A stretch of 35,947 nucleotides of DNA from Candidatus Thalassarchaeaceae archaeon (GTDB taxonomy: Archaea > Thermoplasmatota > Poseidoniia > Poseidoniales > Thalassarchaeaceae): the NCBI GenBank assembly GCA_030754395.1, contig JASMAJ010000001.1, positions 1-35,947 on the forward strand, read 5' to 3'. The notes beneath the pieces are model-generated. The model had not been told where the DNA came from. It made no database searches and saw only the letters and a program-made list of their open reading frames with translations. The translations under genes were made by a program, and so were the position numbers. Below, piece by piece: positions 1 through 8,495 of this stretch (the first letter of the stretch is position 1; each line of letters starts with the position of its first letter).

Positions 1-1
1 A

Positions 2-1813
2 GATAATCAAGGATGTCCAATGCTTTTCGATACAAATTTCCTTGGTGCCCCAACCGAATTCACAATTACTTTACATCTCTCTGATGGTGTAAATTCTGAT
101 GTCACATGGCGATTTAATGTTAGACTTTTCAACGAAGTTCCGGTTGCCGAATTTGATGTACTAAGAGCAAATGATTTCTCATCATCCGCTGTTACTTTAG
201 ATGGGACGATGGTCACAGATCCCGAAGGTGATGAAATTAGATTTGAATTTTGGAGTGACATAGATGGTCTCCTCATTTCAAGCTATACTCCAGATGAAAG
301 CGTTGAATGGAATGGATGGTTGAGTAAGGGATTACACACAATAACGATGTTTGCAAGCGATGATTTATCCAACCATCAAAACTCTTGGACTTCAAGTGAG
401 ATGATAATTAGTGTCAACAATTCTGAGCCAGTAGCGCTAATCTCTGAACCTTTCAATAATACTCAAACTGATTCTGGGACGTTAATTCGATTTGATGCAA
501 CTGGCTCAGGAGATTGGGATGTATCGTGTACAGAAATACCAGACAATGGTAGTGGATTCATTTGTAATCCAACTTCTACAATTAGTAGAGATCTTGTTAG
601 TGTTATTTGGGAAAGTGATAGCCTGAGTGAACCTTTTGCTAGTGGCTGGGTTGTAGAGGAAAGATTGCCTAAAGGAATTCATAATATCACATTGACAATT
701 GATGATGGTTCAGGTCAGCCTTCTTCTGATTCAATCACTCTGCAAGTCGATGAGGCAGCTCCGGTTCTGATTCTTGCCTCTCCAGTTCCAGATGCCCAAG
801 AATTATCTAATTCTCCAGTGCTCTTTGATTTCCGTGATTCATTTGATCCAGAGGGAGATTCGTTCACAGTTACGGTCAGTTCAAATCTAATGTCTACTCT
901 TATTCTTAAAGATAAGACGACAGAGAGCTTGTTCACTGAATATATACCTCATGGAGAACATGAATTAACCTTTGAATTACGAGATTCAACAGGTAGAGTT
1001 AGTACTTACACTCAGATGCTTACTGTAATGCAGACTGGACCAATTGCTGAAATCAATGGTCTTCTGGATGGACAGTACGTTCCTCCTGGAACTAAGATTA
1101 CTCTCGATGCATCAACATCCTACGATTATGATGACGATATTGTACTTTACCAATGGTTTTCTAATTCTGTAAATTTACTTGGAGATAAGCAAATTATTGA
1201 AGTTATGTTTGAACCAGGGATAACTAGAGTTGATCTATTAGTCAAAGACTCCAGAGGAATCATCTCTACAGCCTCGATAAACCTAACTATTGGCTCTTCA
1301 TCACCATCAATATCTGATTTACAAATTGTTCCAGATTTCATTTATTCTGATGAACCAACTTCGATGTTAATCACTGTTGTTCTAGATGATCCTGATGGGA
1401 CAACTCAAACAATTAGTGGATTGATGGCTTCTGGAGGAGATGAGATGAGTCTTGAATTCCATGATGATGGATTGGAAGGAGATGAAACTGCTGGAGATAA
1501 TATCTGGACATATCGTGGCTTATGGCTTTTATCTGATAGCAAATGGGCTCATGTTGAGGTTTGGGCAATTGATGGAGAAATGGTTAGTCCTTTGTTGATA
1601 GAGAATGTGAATATTGTTGAGCCGGAAAATAACAATCTGATATCATGGATTTCAGGGAGTGGATTACCATTTTTCATCTTACTATTAGTTCTAGTCTCAC
1701 TTATCGGAGTGACTGTCCAGAAGCAGCGAATGGACTCAATAAAGAGAGACATAGAGATGATTGAATCCTGGTCTGCTTTTGATATTAGAGATCTTGATGA
1801 CGAAAATAATTAA
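2..1813 (+). CDS. Large membrane-anchored surface protein with PKD/Ig-like repeats, a choice-of-anchor-X-like Ca-binding motif and a C-terminal TM helix (5'-partial)
   Basis: The frame is open from position 2, so the gene starts upstream of the window. It has repeated PKD-like units (LDGTMVTDPEGDEIRFEFWSD; FDFRDSFDPEGDSFTVT; LDASTSYDYDDDIVLYQW), the motif FHDDGLEGDETAGDNIWT and a hydrophobic C-terminal anchor LPFFILLLVLVSLIGV followed by a charged tail. Confidence 0.8.
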   Translation, partial: DNQGCPMLFDTNFLGAPTEFTITLHLSDGVNSDVTWRFNVRLFNEVPVAEFDVLRANDFSSSAVTLDGTMVTDPEGDEIRFEFWSDIDGLLISSYTPDESVEWNGWLSKGLHTITMFASDDLSNHQNSWTSSEMIISVNNSEPVALISEPFNNTQTDSGTLIRFDATGSGDWDVSCTEIPDNGSGFICNPTSTISRDLVSVIWESDSLSEPFASGWVVEERLPKGIHNITLTIDDGSGQPSSDSITLQVDEAAPVLILASPVPDAQELSNSPVLFDFRDSFDPEGDSFTVTVSSNLMSTLILKDKTTESLFTEYIPHGEHELTFELRDSTGRVSTYTQMLTVMQTGPIAEINGLLDGQYVPPGTKITLDASTSYDYDDDIVLYQWFSNSVNLLGDKQIIEVMFEPGITRVDLLVKDSRGIISTASINLTIGSSSPSISDLQIVPDFIYSDEPTSMLITVVLDDPDGTTQTISGLMASGGDEMSLEFHDDGLEGDETAGDNIWTYRGLWLLSDSKWAHVEVWAIDGEMVSPLLIENVNIVEPENNNLISWISGSGLPFFILLLVLVSLIGVTVQKQRMDSIKRDIEMIESWSAFDIRDLDDENN

Positions 1814-1834
1814 TTTTTCTAACTGAGATAATTG

Positions 1835-1903
1835 GCGCCCTGTGTCCCACAGCAGTAGGACACAGGACGCGCATTGTGTTTGCGTCGCTGGGTAAACCCA
1901 GCG
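1835..1903 (-). terminator. Two GC-rich hairpins in the 3' region of the dockerin gene (terminator or 3'-stabilising element)
   Basis: The minus strand 1870->1835 reads GCGUCCUGUGUCCUAC-UGCU-GUGGGACACAGGGCGC, a 16-bp stem whose two apparent mismatches are G-U pairs only on the minus strand. A second hairpin at 1886-1903 is CGCUGGG-UUUA-CCCAGCG. Both lie between convergent genes. Confidence 0.55.
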
Positions 1904-1916
1904 TCATGGAAGTCGC

Positions 1917-2546
1917 CTAGCAGCGCTCGCAAGTACTACCCCAGAGATAATCTGCGAGGAGAACTAGATCCAACACGTTGACCGAATGGTCTCCGTTAAT
2001 GTCTGCTCCCTGCATCGACTCAAGTGAATCCTCGTATCCGAGAATATACTGCGTCATCTCGATGAAATCACCGATATCGACGCTACCGTCGTCGTTGGCG
2101 TCACCGCGAAGCACTCGTACTGATTCCTCGAAGCAAACCACTAATTCTGGTTCACTATCCTTGGTTGCAGCCTTGGTTTTCGAGCTATCTATAGATTGAG
2201 GACCAGTTTCAAACTCATCCTCGCCCCATAGATAATCGGCCAGAAGTACTAGATCTACAACATCAACCGATCTATCCTGGTTGATGTCAGCTTGTACCAT
2301 AGAGGCAGGTTCTCTGCCATATCCGGCGATGTACTGTGCCATCACGATGAAGTCACCGAGATCTACGGTTCCATCGTTATTTGCGTCACCACGAAGATGT
2401 CGCGCAACAATGGGGTCGATCTCAGTCAACTCACCATCCATGTCGTTCGTCGTTTCAACGTCTCCGATGTCCTCACCGGAGACGAGGCCTGCTGTGCCGG
2501 CCAAAAATATCAGCGCGGCGATTGTTAGGTCCATGTGTTTGGCCAT
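1917..2546 (-). CDS. Secreted protein consisting of two type I dockerin-like domains
   Basis: N-terminal signal peptide (LTIAALIFLAGTAGLVSG) and two ~58-aa modules RGDANxDGxVDxGDFIxMxQYIxG...ADINxDxSVxVxDLVLLADYLWG, each with paired F-hand Ca-binding loops. Start placed at ATG 2546; the ORF track uses TTG 2552. Confidence 0.8.
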   Translation of the reverse strand: MAKHMDLTIAALIFLAGTAGLVSGEDIGDVETTNDMDGELTEIDPIVARHLRGDANNDGTVDLGDFIVMAQYIAGYGREPASMVQADINQDRSVDVVDLVLLADYLWGEDEFETGPQSIDSSKTKAATKDSEPELVVCFEESVRVLRGDANDDGSVDIGDFIEMTQYILGYEDSLESMQGADINGDHSVNVLDLVLLADYLWGSTCERC

Positions 2547-2733
2547 AATCAAGGACCATCGATGTTCTAGACATAAGTAACTTGGTTAGTTGATTGGACA
2601 AATTGATACGCCAAGATGGCAAAATTATGTTGATTTAATACAAACAAGATGTAGGCTGAGTCATTCATAGATGAGAGGGTAAATCGCTGCCCTCAGGGGC
2701 AAGTTAATGCCCGTTGGGTGTTATGGGTTAATC

Positions 2734-3765
2734 ATGGGAAAGTCCCTTGTAGTCCACTTACAGACTATCATGATTGGTCTATGCTTAGTATTCCCTGGAT
2801 GTTTAGCGACTGATGATTATGACCCTGAGGCAGATGATGATGGAGACGGTCTTCCAAACGGTTGGGAGGTAGAAAGAGGTCTTGACCCATCCAATCCAGA
2901 AGATGGGATAGTTTGCAACGACCTAGCTGAGTATTGCCTTCGTTCTTATGATAACTTCACATTCGCAGAGACACACAATTCATTCTCCACATACGAGAAT
3001 GGAGTGTGGATGGCTGTCAACCACTACACAGCCTTGCAGGCCCAGTGGGATGGTGGAATTAGAGCCTACATGCTAGACGTTCATCATTTATCGAAGCAGG
3101 ATACGGAACCAGATGATGTTAGATTCTGTCATGGTGACCCTGATTCTACTCTTTTCTATCCATGCACATACTCCGAAGTTGACGCATTTACTTGGCTAAG
3201 TGATTTAGGATCGTTGATGAATAATAGTAGTGGTGATGTGGTGACTTTGCTCCTTGAGAATTACGTTCCTGGAGAACACGTTGAATACCTTTTCAACAAG
3301 ACTGGAATGATGGACAGAGCATATGTGCATGAGCCGGGTGAACCATGGCCTAGTCTAGGTGAGTTGGTCCTAAATGGAACCGACTTGGTAATTTATTGGG
3401 ACTACGGTTACGACGAGAGATATCCTTGGCTTCATCACGCATGGACTCACAGCTGGGACACACCTTATGGAGAGCAGGAACAAACGGACATGTCCTGCAG
3501 AGTTGGAAGAGGTGATATCGAGCAGCCAGTTTGGCACATGAATAACTGGCTCAGCAGTATCTATGGTCTTGCAGATCCAGTTAGATCCAGTGATGTCAAC
3601 GATTACGAAACTCTTCTGAATCGCGCCTTGTTTTGCTGGGAGTTCGTGGGTAATAGACCAACTTTCATTGCTGTTGATTATTGGGAAGATGGTGAAATCA
3701 CTAATGTTACAATCACGTTGAACAAAATGTCACACTGGACCGACGAAGTACCACCTCATCCATAA
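2734..3765 (+). CDS. PI-PLC-like (PLC-X fold) phosphodiesterase, putative lipoprotein
   Basis: Catalytic-region motifs THNSFS, GIRAYMLDVH, FCHG, VVTLLLEN and RPTFIAVDYW. Lipobox-like LVFPG-C and one DDDGDGLPNGWE Ca-binding repeat. Probable start ATG 2734 (alternative 2707). Confidence 0.75.
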   Translation: MGKSLVVHLQTIMIGLCLVFPGCLATDDYDPEADDDGDGLPNGWEVERGLDPSNPEDGIVCNDLAEYCLRSYDNFTFAETHNSFSTYENGVWMAVNHYTALQAQWDGGIRAYMLDVHHLSKQDTEPDDVRFCHGDPDSTLFYPCTYSEVDAFTWLSDLGSLMNNSSGDVVTLLLENYVPGEHVEYLFNKTGMMDRAYVHEPGEPWPSLGELVLNGTDLVIYWDYGYDERYPWLHHAWTHSWDTPYGEQEQTDMSCRVGRGDIEQPVWHMNNWLSSIYGLADPVRSSDVNDYETLLNRALFCWEFVGNRPTFIAVDYWEDGEITNVTITLNKMSHWTDEVPPHP

Positions 3766-3792
3766 AATCGGAATCAATGGATACCCTGTGAT

Positions 3793-3993
3793 TTACTCCT
3801 CCTTATTCGTATACTTGTCCTCTTCATCATTCTCGAAAGGATACTTGCTGCCATCTTGGTTGTGCCAAAGCATGTCTACCTTTACCCAAGCCCCTGACCA
3901 CCCGAATCTTATCCAAAGATAAAGGAAATAGAGGATAGGTAGAAAGCACCCTGCAATAGATAGAAAATCGAGTACATCAAGAACCATACTCAT
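3793..3993 (-). CDS. Small hypothetical membrane protein (66 aa)
   Basis: ATG start, one hydrophobic segment (FLSIAGCFLPILYFLYLWI) and an acidic C-terminus like other proteins here. AT-rich box ~25 nt upstream. Confidence 0.55.
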   Translation of the reverse strand: MSMVLDVLDFLSIAGCFLPILYFLYLWIRFGWSGAWVKVDMLWHNQDGSKYPFENDEEDKYTNKEE

Positions 3994-4070
3994 ACAATTG
4001 AGAGAGTGCCCTTCTCTATGATATTTTTTGTATACTCAAAAATTCAAATCCACTAATTTTTTGTGAATGA

Positions 4071-4281
4071 TGCAAGACCGACTCAAGAAGCCAAGTCACT
4101 TATCATGCAGATGACGATGATTGGGGTTTGATGCACCGGAATGCGGACATACACTTTGCCGCCCTGATCTTCATGGTTGGGGCAGGCGGTCTCGCCTCCG
4201 TCCTGGAGGTGGGAATAGCTGAACAAACGAAAGCCGAGGAACTTGGGGAGGATGACACAGAAAATCCAGCTCCATCGCCAT
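4071..4281 (-). ncRNA. Candidate structured non-coding RNA of unknown family
   Basis: GC-richer island in an AT-rich intergenic region. A TTTGAAAT box lies at 4311-4304. Hand-folded stems: 4281-4272/4120-4111, 4271-4264/4224-4217, 4209-4195, 4189-4183/4166-4159, 4144-4133 and 4109-4071. The G-U pairs favour the minus strand, and three CCCCAA motifs fall in loops. Confidence 0.5.
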
Positions 4282-4393
4282 GGTTTAGCAACCCGAACCC
4301 CGGATTTCAAACGATTACCGTACATGCATAAGGGAAATATTGTCAAATCATATTACCAAGTTATTGATATCCAGAGTATCATTCGGTTTAGAC

Positions 4394-6793
4394 ATGGAAC
4401 GAACCCAAACGGCGACTTTGCTCGTACTCACTATGATGCTGACATCTGGTTGTTTAGCAGCAATTGATGATATAGTGGAAGAAATTGACGATACAATCGA
4501 TATCGTAATTGGTGATTATCCTCAAATCGATTTGCCGGAACGAGTTCGTGGTGAAAATGCTGTACTGGAAGAATATGATGACTGCGACACTTTACTGGAT
4601 GATCTCAAAGATTCTCTACAAAATGAAATGTTGGTTCGACTAGATCAAGAATCCTACTATCACTGGATTGGTGGCGGATGGATGTGGATGGATGATGATA
4701 TTGCTTTCGCTGAGGACGGCGCTACTGGAACTACTGCAGAAAGTGACGGCGGGAATTCAGCCTCTCGGGAAGGCGAGTACTCAGGAACTAATAATCAGGA
4801 AGCAGGTGTAGATGAGGCTGACTTCCTGAAGACAGATGGATATCACATCTACATGTTGAATGGAAATCTTTTGGTAATCATGGGAGTTCCTGAGTTTGGT
4901 GAATTGACTCTTGAGTCAAACCTAACTCTACAAGGCTATCCAATGCAGATGATGATTGATGGAGATCGGATAGTCATTGCATCAACGATTAACGCTTGGA
5001 GCCTTGATGAAAATGATCCTCTCCGTTCCGAATTGATGGAAGAGGTACAATGGGGTGAAGGAGACAATGTCTACACTTACTACCGGGTTCAGAACTTGGT
5101 CAAGTATACCGTTGTAGATATTACTGACCGCGCAGATCCTCAAGTAGAGCGTGAGTTGTACATTGAAGGAAACTATCACACTGCAAGGATGGTTGATGGT
5201 ACTGTTCGTTCGGTAACTCACAACTATGCAAACTTTGACGGTCTACGATACTGGGTTGACCTTCCATCTGACTACTGGTCTATCGAAGATGAGGATGAAA
5301 GGATGGCAGCATGGTCTTTCCATCTTAATGAGACAATCAACAATAATCTCCTAGTCATCGACTCTTTGACAATGGATGATTTTGCTCCTCACATTTACGA
5401 AATGACCTCTGCAGGTTTTATTTCACACTCATCCACTTCAAACGACTGCTCGGAGTTTGCTGCCAGTACTGACAGTGTTGCACGTGGCTTCACTTCGATA
5501 ATGACAATTGAGATGCTTTCTGAAGATATACAAGTTGAAGTTGATCATATAGCATCTTCTTGGGCTCATGTTTATGCTTCTCAAGATGTACTAATTCTCG
5601 CTGAGCCTGCCAATGATTGGTGGTGGTTCTGGAGAAACACAGAATTTGAGGATGCTACAAATATCCATGCTTTCGACATCAGCCAAGCTGGTTCGACCAC
5701 GTATGTTGCCTCAGGTCGTGTGGCTGGAACGGTTCAAGACCAATTTTCTCTTTCTGAGAGTAATGGAGTAATCCGTGTTGCTACAACTGAAGACATGTGG
5801 GGCCGATGGTGGATGGATACCGATAATTGGACTGGGCCAACTAATAATGTGTTCACACTTGAGGCATTTGAATGCATGATTCCTGAAGGCTGTGAAGATG
5901 ACTTCGCAGAACTACAACAGATAGGTCATATTGGAGATATAGCCGAGGGTGAGAGAATTTGGAGCGCTCGATTCATGGGTGACCGCGCATATCTTGTAAC
6001 ATTCGAAAACATGGACCCGCTCTGGGTCATTGATTTGTCCGACCCGACCAATCCAACAATTCTAGGAGAGTTGGAAATCCCTGGTGTGTCAACTTACATT
6101 CATCCAGTAGACGAAGATACACTACTAACCATAGGAATTGGTGGCGGTGAGGACGGATTAGGCCTAGATTGGTCTGTGACTCAGATATCTCTGTTTGACG
6201 TCAGCGATCCAACCAATCCTACCCTTGCAGATACATTGCCTCTTTCCCCTGCGTACACAGATGAGAACTGTGAAAGTGTACGCAGTTGTGGTTGGTCTTG
6301 GTCCTGGTCAGAAGCGACCTACGAGCATAAGGCATTCACCTACTGGGCACCTGACAATTTACTCGCAGTACCTCTATCTACTCAGAGATACACCTACGAT
6401 GAAATAATCGAAAATGGTGTTACCTACACTCACTATGGCTACGAATATGTCTCTATGCTGAAGTTGATTGAGGTTGATACAGAGAATCTGACTCTCTCTC
6501 TCCATGGTGATGTGAACCATTCAAGCTTTTACAACAACGAAAATGGCTTGTCTGATTGGTGGTATGGTAGCACAACCAGTATCCGCCGTTCAATCTTCAT
6601 GGGAGACTATGTCTATGCCTTCTCTGCTCTTGGTGCCACAGTCCATCTAACCGATGACTTAACTCCAATCGTTGAGTTGGAGATTCCAGGTCAAGAGATT
6701 TCAGAAAATTACTATGATGACGAAGTCGAGGTAGCCGACTCTGAAGAATCTGAATCACCATCGGGTGATGGAACAGAACCTGAAGAGTCTTGA
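4394..6793 (+). CDS. Secreted beta-propeller domain lipoprotein (Beta_propel / PF09826-like family)
   Basis: Family signatures YSGTNNQEAGVDEADFLKTDG, QFSLSE, GERIWSARFMGDRAYLVTFENMDPLWVIDLSDP and LGELEIPGVSTYIHP. Lipobox MLTSG-C. Start ATG 4394 is supported by a TTGATA box at -30. Confidence 0.85.
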   Translation: MERTQTATLLVLTMMLTSGCLAAIDDIVEEIDDTIDIVIGDYPQIDLPERVRGENAVLEEYDDCDTLLDDLKDSLQNEMLVRLDQESYYHWIGGGWMWMDDDIAFAEDGATGTTAESDGGNSASREGEYSGTNNQEAGVDEADFLKTDGYHIYMLNGNLLVIMGVPEFGELTLESNLTLQGYPMQMMIDGDRIVIASTINAWSLDENDPLRSELMEEVQWGEGDNVYTYYRVQNLVKYTVVDITDRADPQVERELYIEGNYHTARMVDGTVRSVTHNYANFDGLRYWVDLPSDYWSIEDEDERMAAWSFHLNETINNNLLVIDSLTMDDFAPHIYEMTSAGFISHSSTSNDCSEFAASTDSVARGFTSIMTIEMLSEDIQVEVDHIASSWAHVYASQDVLILAEPANDWWWFWRNTEFEDATNIHAFDISQAGSTTYVASGRVAGTVQDQFSLSESNGVIRVATTEDMWGRWWMDTDNWTGPTNNVFTLEAFECMIPEGCEDDFAELQQIGHIGDIAEGERIWSARFMGDRAYLVTFENMDPLWVIDLSDPTNPTILGELEIPGVSTYIHPVDEDTLLTIGIGGGEDGLGLDWSVTQISLFDVSDPTNPTLADTLPLSPAYTDENCESVRSCGWSWSWSEATYEHKAFTYWAPDNLLAVPLSTQRYTYDEIIENGVTYTHYGYEYVSMLKLIEVDTENLTLSLHGDVNHSSFYNNENGLSDWWYGSTTSIRRSIFMGDYVYAFSALGATVHLTDDLTPIVELEIPGQEISENYYDDEVEVADSEESESPSGDGTEPEES

Positions 6794-6807
6794 GAAATTG
6801 CTTAGGA

Positions 6808-8181
6808 TTATCTGAACCTTAGAGACCGTCCTGCACTTCCTGCAGATGCTACGTCTGTGCCTCTTAGAGGACCATCTCTGTGTCTTTGGTGAACAACCTG
6901 TCCATCAACAATCGTATAGATTGGCCAACCAGTAAGTTCGCATCCTGCGAACGGTGTCCATCCAACTCGAGTCCAAGTGTCTGAGTCTTCGATGACTCGT
7001 CTTGTCTCCATGTCAATTAGTACGAGGTCAGCGTCGTAGCCCTCAGCGAGTCTGCCTTTGCCTTCCATTCCGTAGACATTGGCAGGTCCTTCACACATCC
7101 AACGCGCTACATCTGTAACTGAGCACATGCCTTCTGAAGCATGTGTTAGCATGCATGGTAGAGAGGTTTCAACACCTGGCATTCCCGAGTGTGCCTTTGG
7201 AAATCCTAGGTTTTTATTTTCTAGTGTGTGTGGAGCGTGATCGGTGGCTATACAATCAATCGTTCCATCTTTCAGTCGCTTCCACAAAGTGTCACGGTCG
7301 TGTGAGTAGCGAATTGGAGGATTCATCTTCAGCCGAGTACCAATGCGTTCGACATCGGTATCATCGAATGTGAGGTGTTGTGGACAAGTCTCAGTGGTAA
7401 TTAGGTCACCTTTGTTTGAAGCCAACCAATCCGCTTCTATACCACTAGTAAGATGTAGAACGTGTAATCTGTGGTCATGATCTTTGGCAAGTGCAGAAGC
7501 TCTCTGAGTTGCCATTAGTGCACAGGTCTCGTCTCTCCATTCGGCATGAGCCGCGATATCAGTCCTATGTTTGAATTCGGGCCAGCGCTCATTCAGACGG
7601 TCTTCATCTTCAGCATGTGTTGCGATTATTCCACCAGTATTGGCAAATATATTCTCAAGATGTTTTTGTTGATGAACAAGAAGATCACCCGTACTGCTAC
7701 CCATGAAGACCTTGATTCCACAAATTCCATCAGTTGGTGAAGGGTTATCGGGAGTCCCTACTGCATCTTGCAAATCACTGACATTGTTCGGTGTTGCTCC
7801 GATAAAGAAGCCGTGATGTGTTACTGCATTACGAGCAGCAGAATCAATCTTTGATTGCATTGCCTTCAATGTGGTAGCAGCAGGGAAATTATTTGGCATA
7901 TCTAAGAAAGCAGTAACTCCTCCTGCAGCGGCAGCACGACTTCCACTGCCAATATCTTCTTTCTCAGGCTGTCCTGGTTCTCTGAAGTGTACTTGTGGGT
8001 CAATTGCTCCAGGCAATAGGACCAATCCTTCAGCATCAATAATGACTTCGCCAGAATCTGCAGAAAGCCCTCCCCCTTCTGCAATTGTGCTAATTGTATT
8101 GCCTACAACTCTTAGGTCACCATCAACGATACGACCACCGATTACCATCGATGAATTCTGAATCAACATTCGATGGCTCAT
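6808..8181 (-). CDS. pyrC: Dihydroorotase (amidohydrolase superfamily, QxH type)
   Basis: LPGAIDPQVHFREPG, AAAAGGVT, DMPN, GIKVFMGSS, HAED, HVLHL, KMNPPIR, IATDHAPH, GMPGVET, GYDADLV. Confidence 0.85.
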   Translation of the reverse strand: MSHRMLIQNSSMVIGGRIVDGDLRVVGNTISTIAEGGGLSADSGEVIIDAEGLVLLPGAIDPQVHFREPGQPEKEDIGSGSRAAAAGGVTAFLDMPNNFPAATTLKAMQSKIDSAARNAVTHHGFFIGATPNNVSDLQDAVGTPDNPSPTDGICGIKVFMGSSTGDLLVHQQKHLENIFANTGGIIATHAEDEDRLNERWPEFKHRTDIAAHAEWRDETCALMATQRASALAKDHDHRLHVLHLTSGIEADWLASNKGDLITTETCPQHLTFDDTDVERIGTRLKMNPPIRYSHDRDTLWKRLKDGTIDCIATDHAPHTLENKNLGFPKAHSGMPGVETSLPCMLTHASEGMCSVTDVARWMCEGPANVYGMEGKGRLAEGYDADLVLIDMETRRVIEDSDTWTRVGWTPFAGCELTGWPIYTIVDGQVVHQRHRDGPLRGTDVASAGSAGRSLRFR

Positions 8182-8292
8182 GTCCGCTCACTTTCTGCCG
8201 GGTAGCAGACTGCTCAAGACTGTTCTGCTTTGAAACTCATAGTGATTCTGTTATCCCGCGCTGTTCAAATAACCGATGCCTTAGGGATGGCT

Positions 8293-8370
8293 AGCGAGTT
8301 TGAGTAGCCAGGTTATCTCGTCGGGCTCATAACCCGGAGACCGGTGGTTCAAATCCACCACTCGCTACCA
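8293..8370 (+). tRNA. tRNA-Met(CAT), initiator, CCA encoded
   Basis: Acceptor stem AGCGAGT/ACTCGCT with A1:U72. The anticodon arm TCGGG-CTCATAA-CCCGG has three consecutive G-C pairs (initiator hallmark). T-loop TTCAAAT and 3' ACCA. No intron. Confidence 0.97.
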
Positions 8371-8437
8371 TAATCCTCTAATCAATAAATAATCTAAATC
8401 GAAGAATATAGAATCACAATTAATACGAGAAAAATAC

Positions 8438-8495
8438 AAAGTGAAAGTGTAATAATAACACACTGCTCGCTTATAGACCGCCGATTTCACTTTCA
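8438..8495 (+). promoter_or_regulatory. Putative DNA-damage response operator upstream of radA (TTTCACTTTCA plus inverted partial copy)
   Basis: TTTCACTTTCA at 8485-8495 and AAAGTGAAAGTG at 8438-8449 (reverse complement CACTTTCACTTT). A TATA-like TTCATATA follows at 8522-8529. Confidence 0.6.

Noticed and set aside
4233..4275. RNase P RNA-like words GAGGAA and ACAGAA...GCT on the plus strand
   Set aside because: The two motifs are only ~15 nt apart instead of >200 nt, and the wobble pattern favours the opposite strand.
4083..4346. Short ORFs 4083-4346(-), 4103-4291(-), 4128-4331(+) and 4243-4467(+)
   Set aside because: They overlap one another and have no recognisable family. The 67-aa plus ORF has a hydrophobic stretch and acidic tail and cannot be fully excluded, but promoter position and base pairing favour a minus-strand RNA.
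8293..8440. tRNA-Met or tRNA-Gln as an integration site for an island
   Set aside because: I saw no integrase and no duplicated tRNA 3' end in the window, and the flanking genes are housekeeping.
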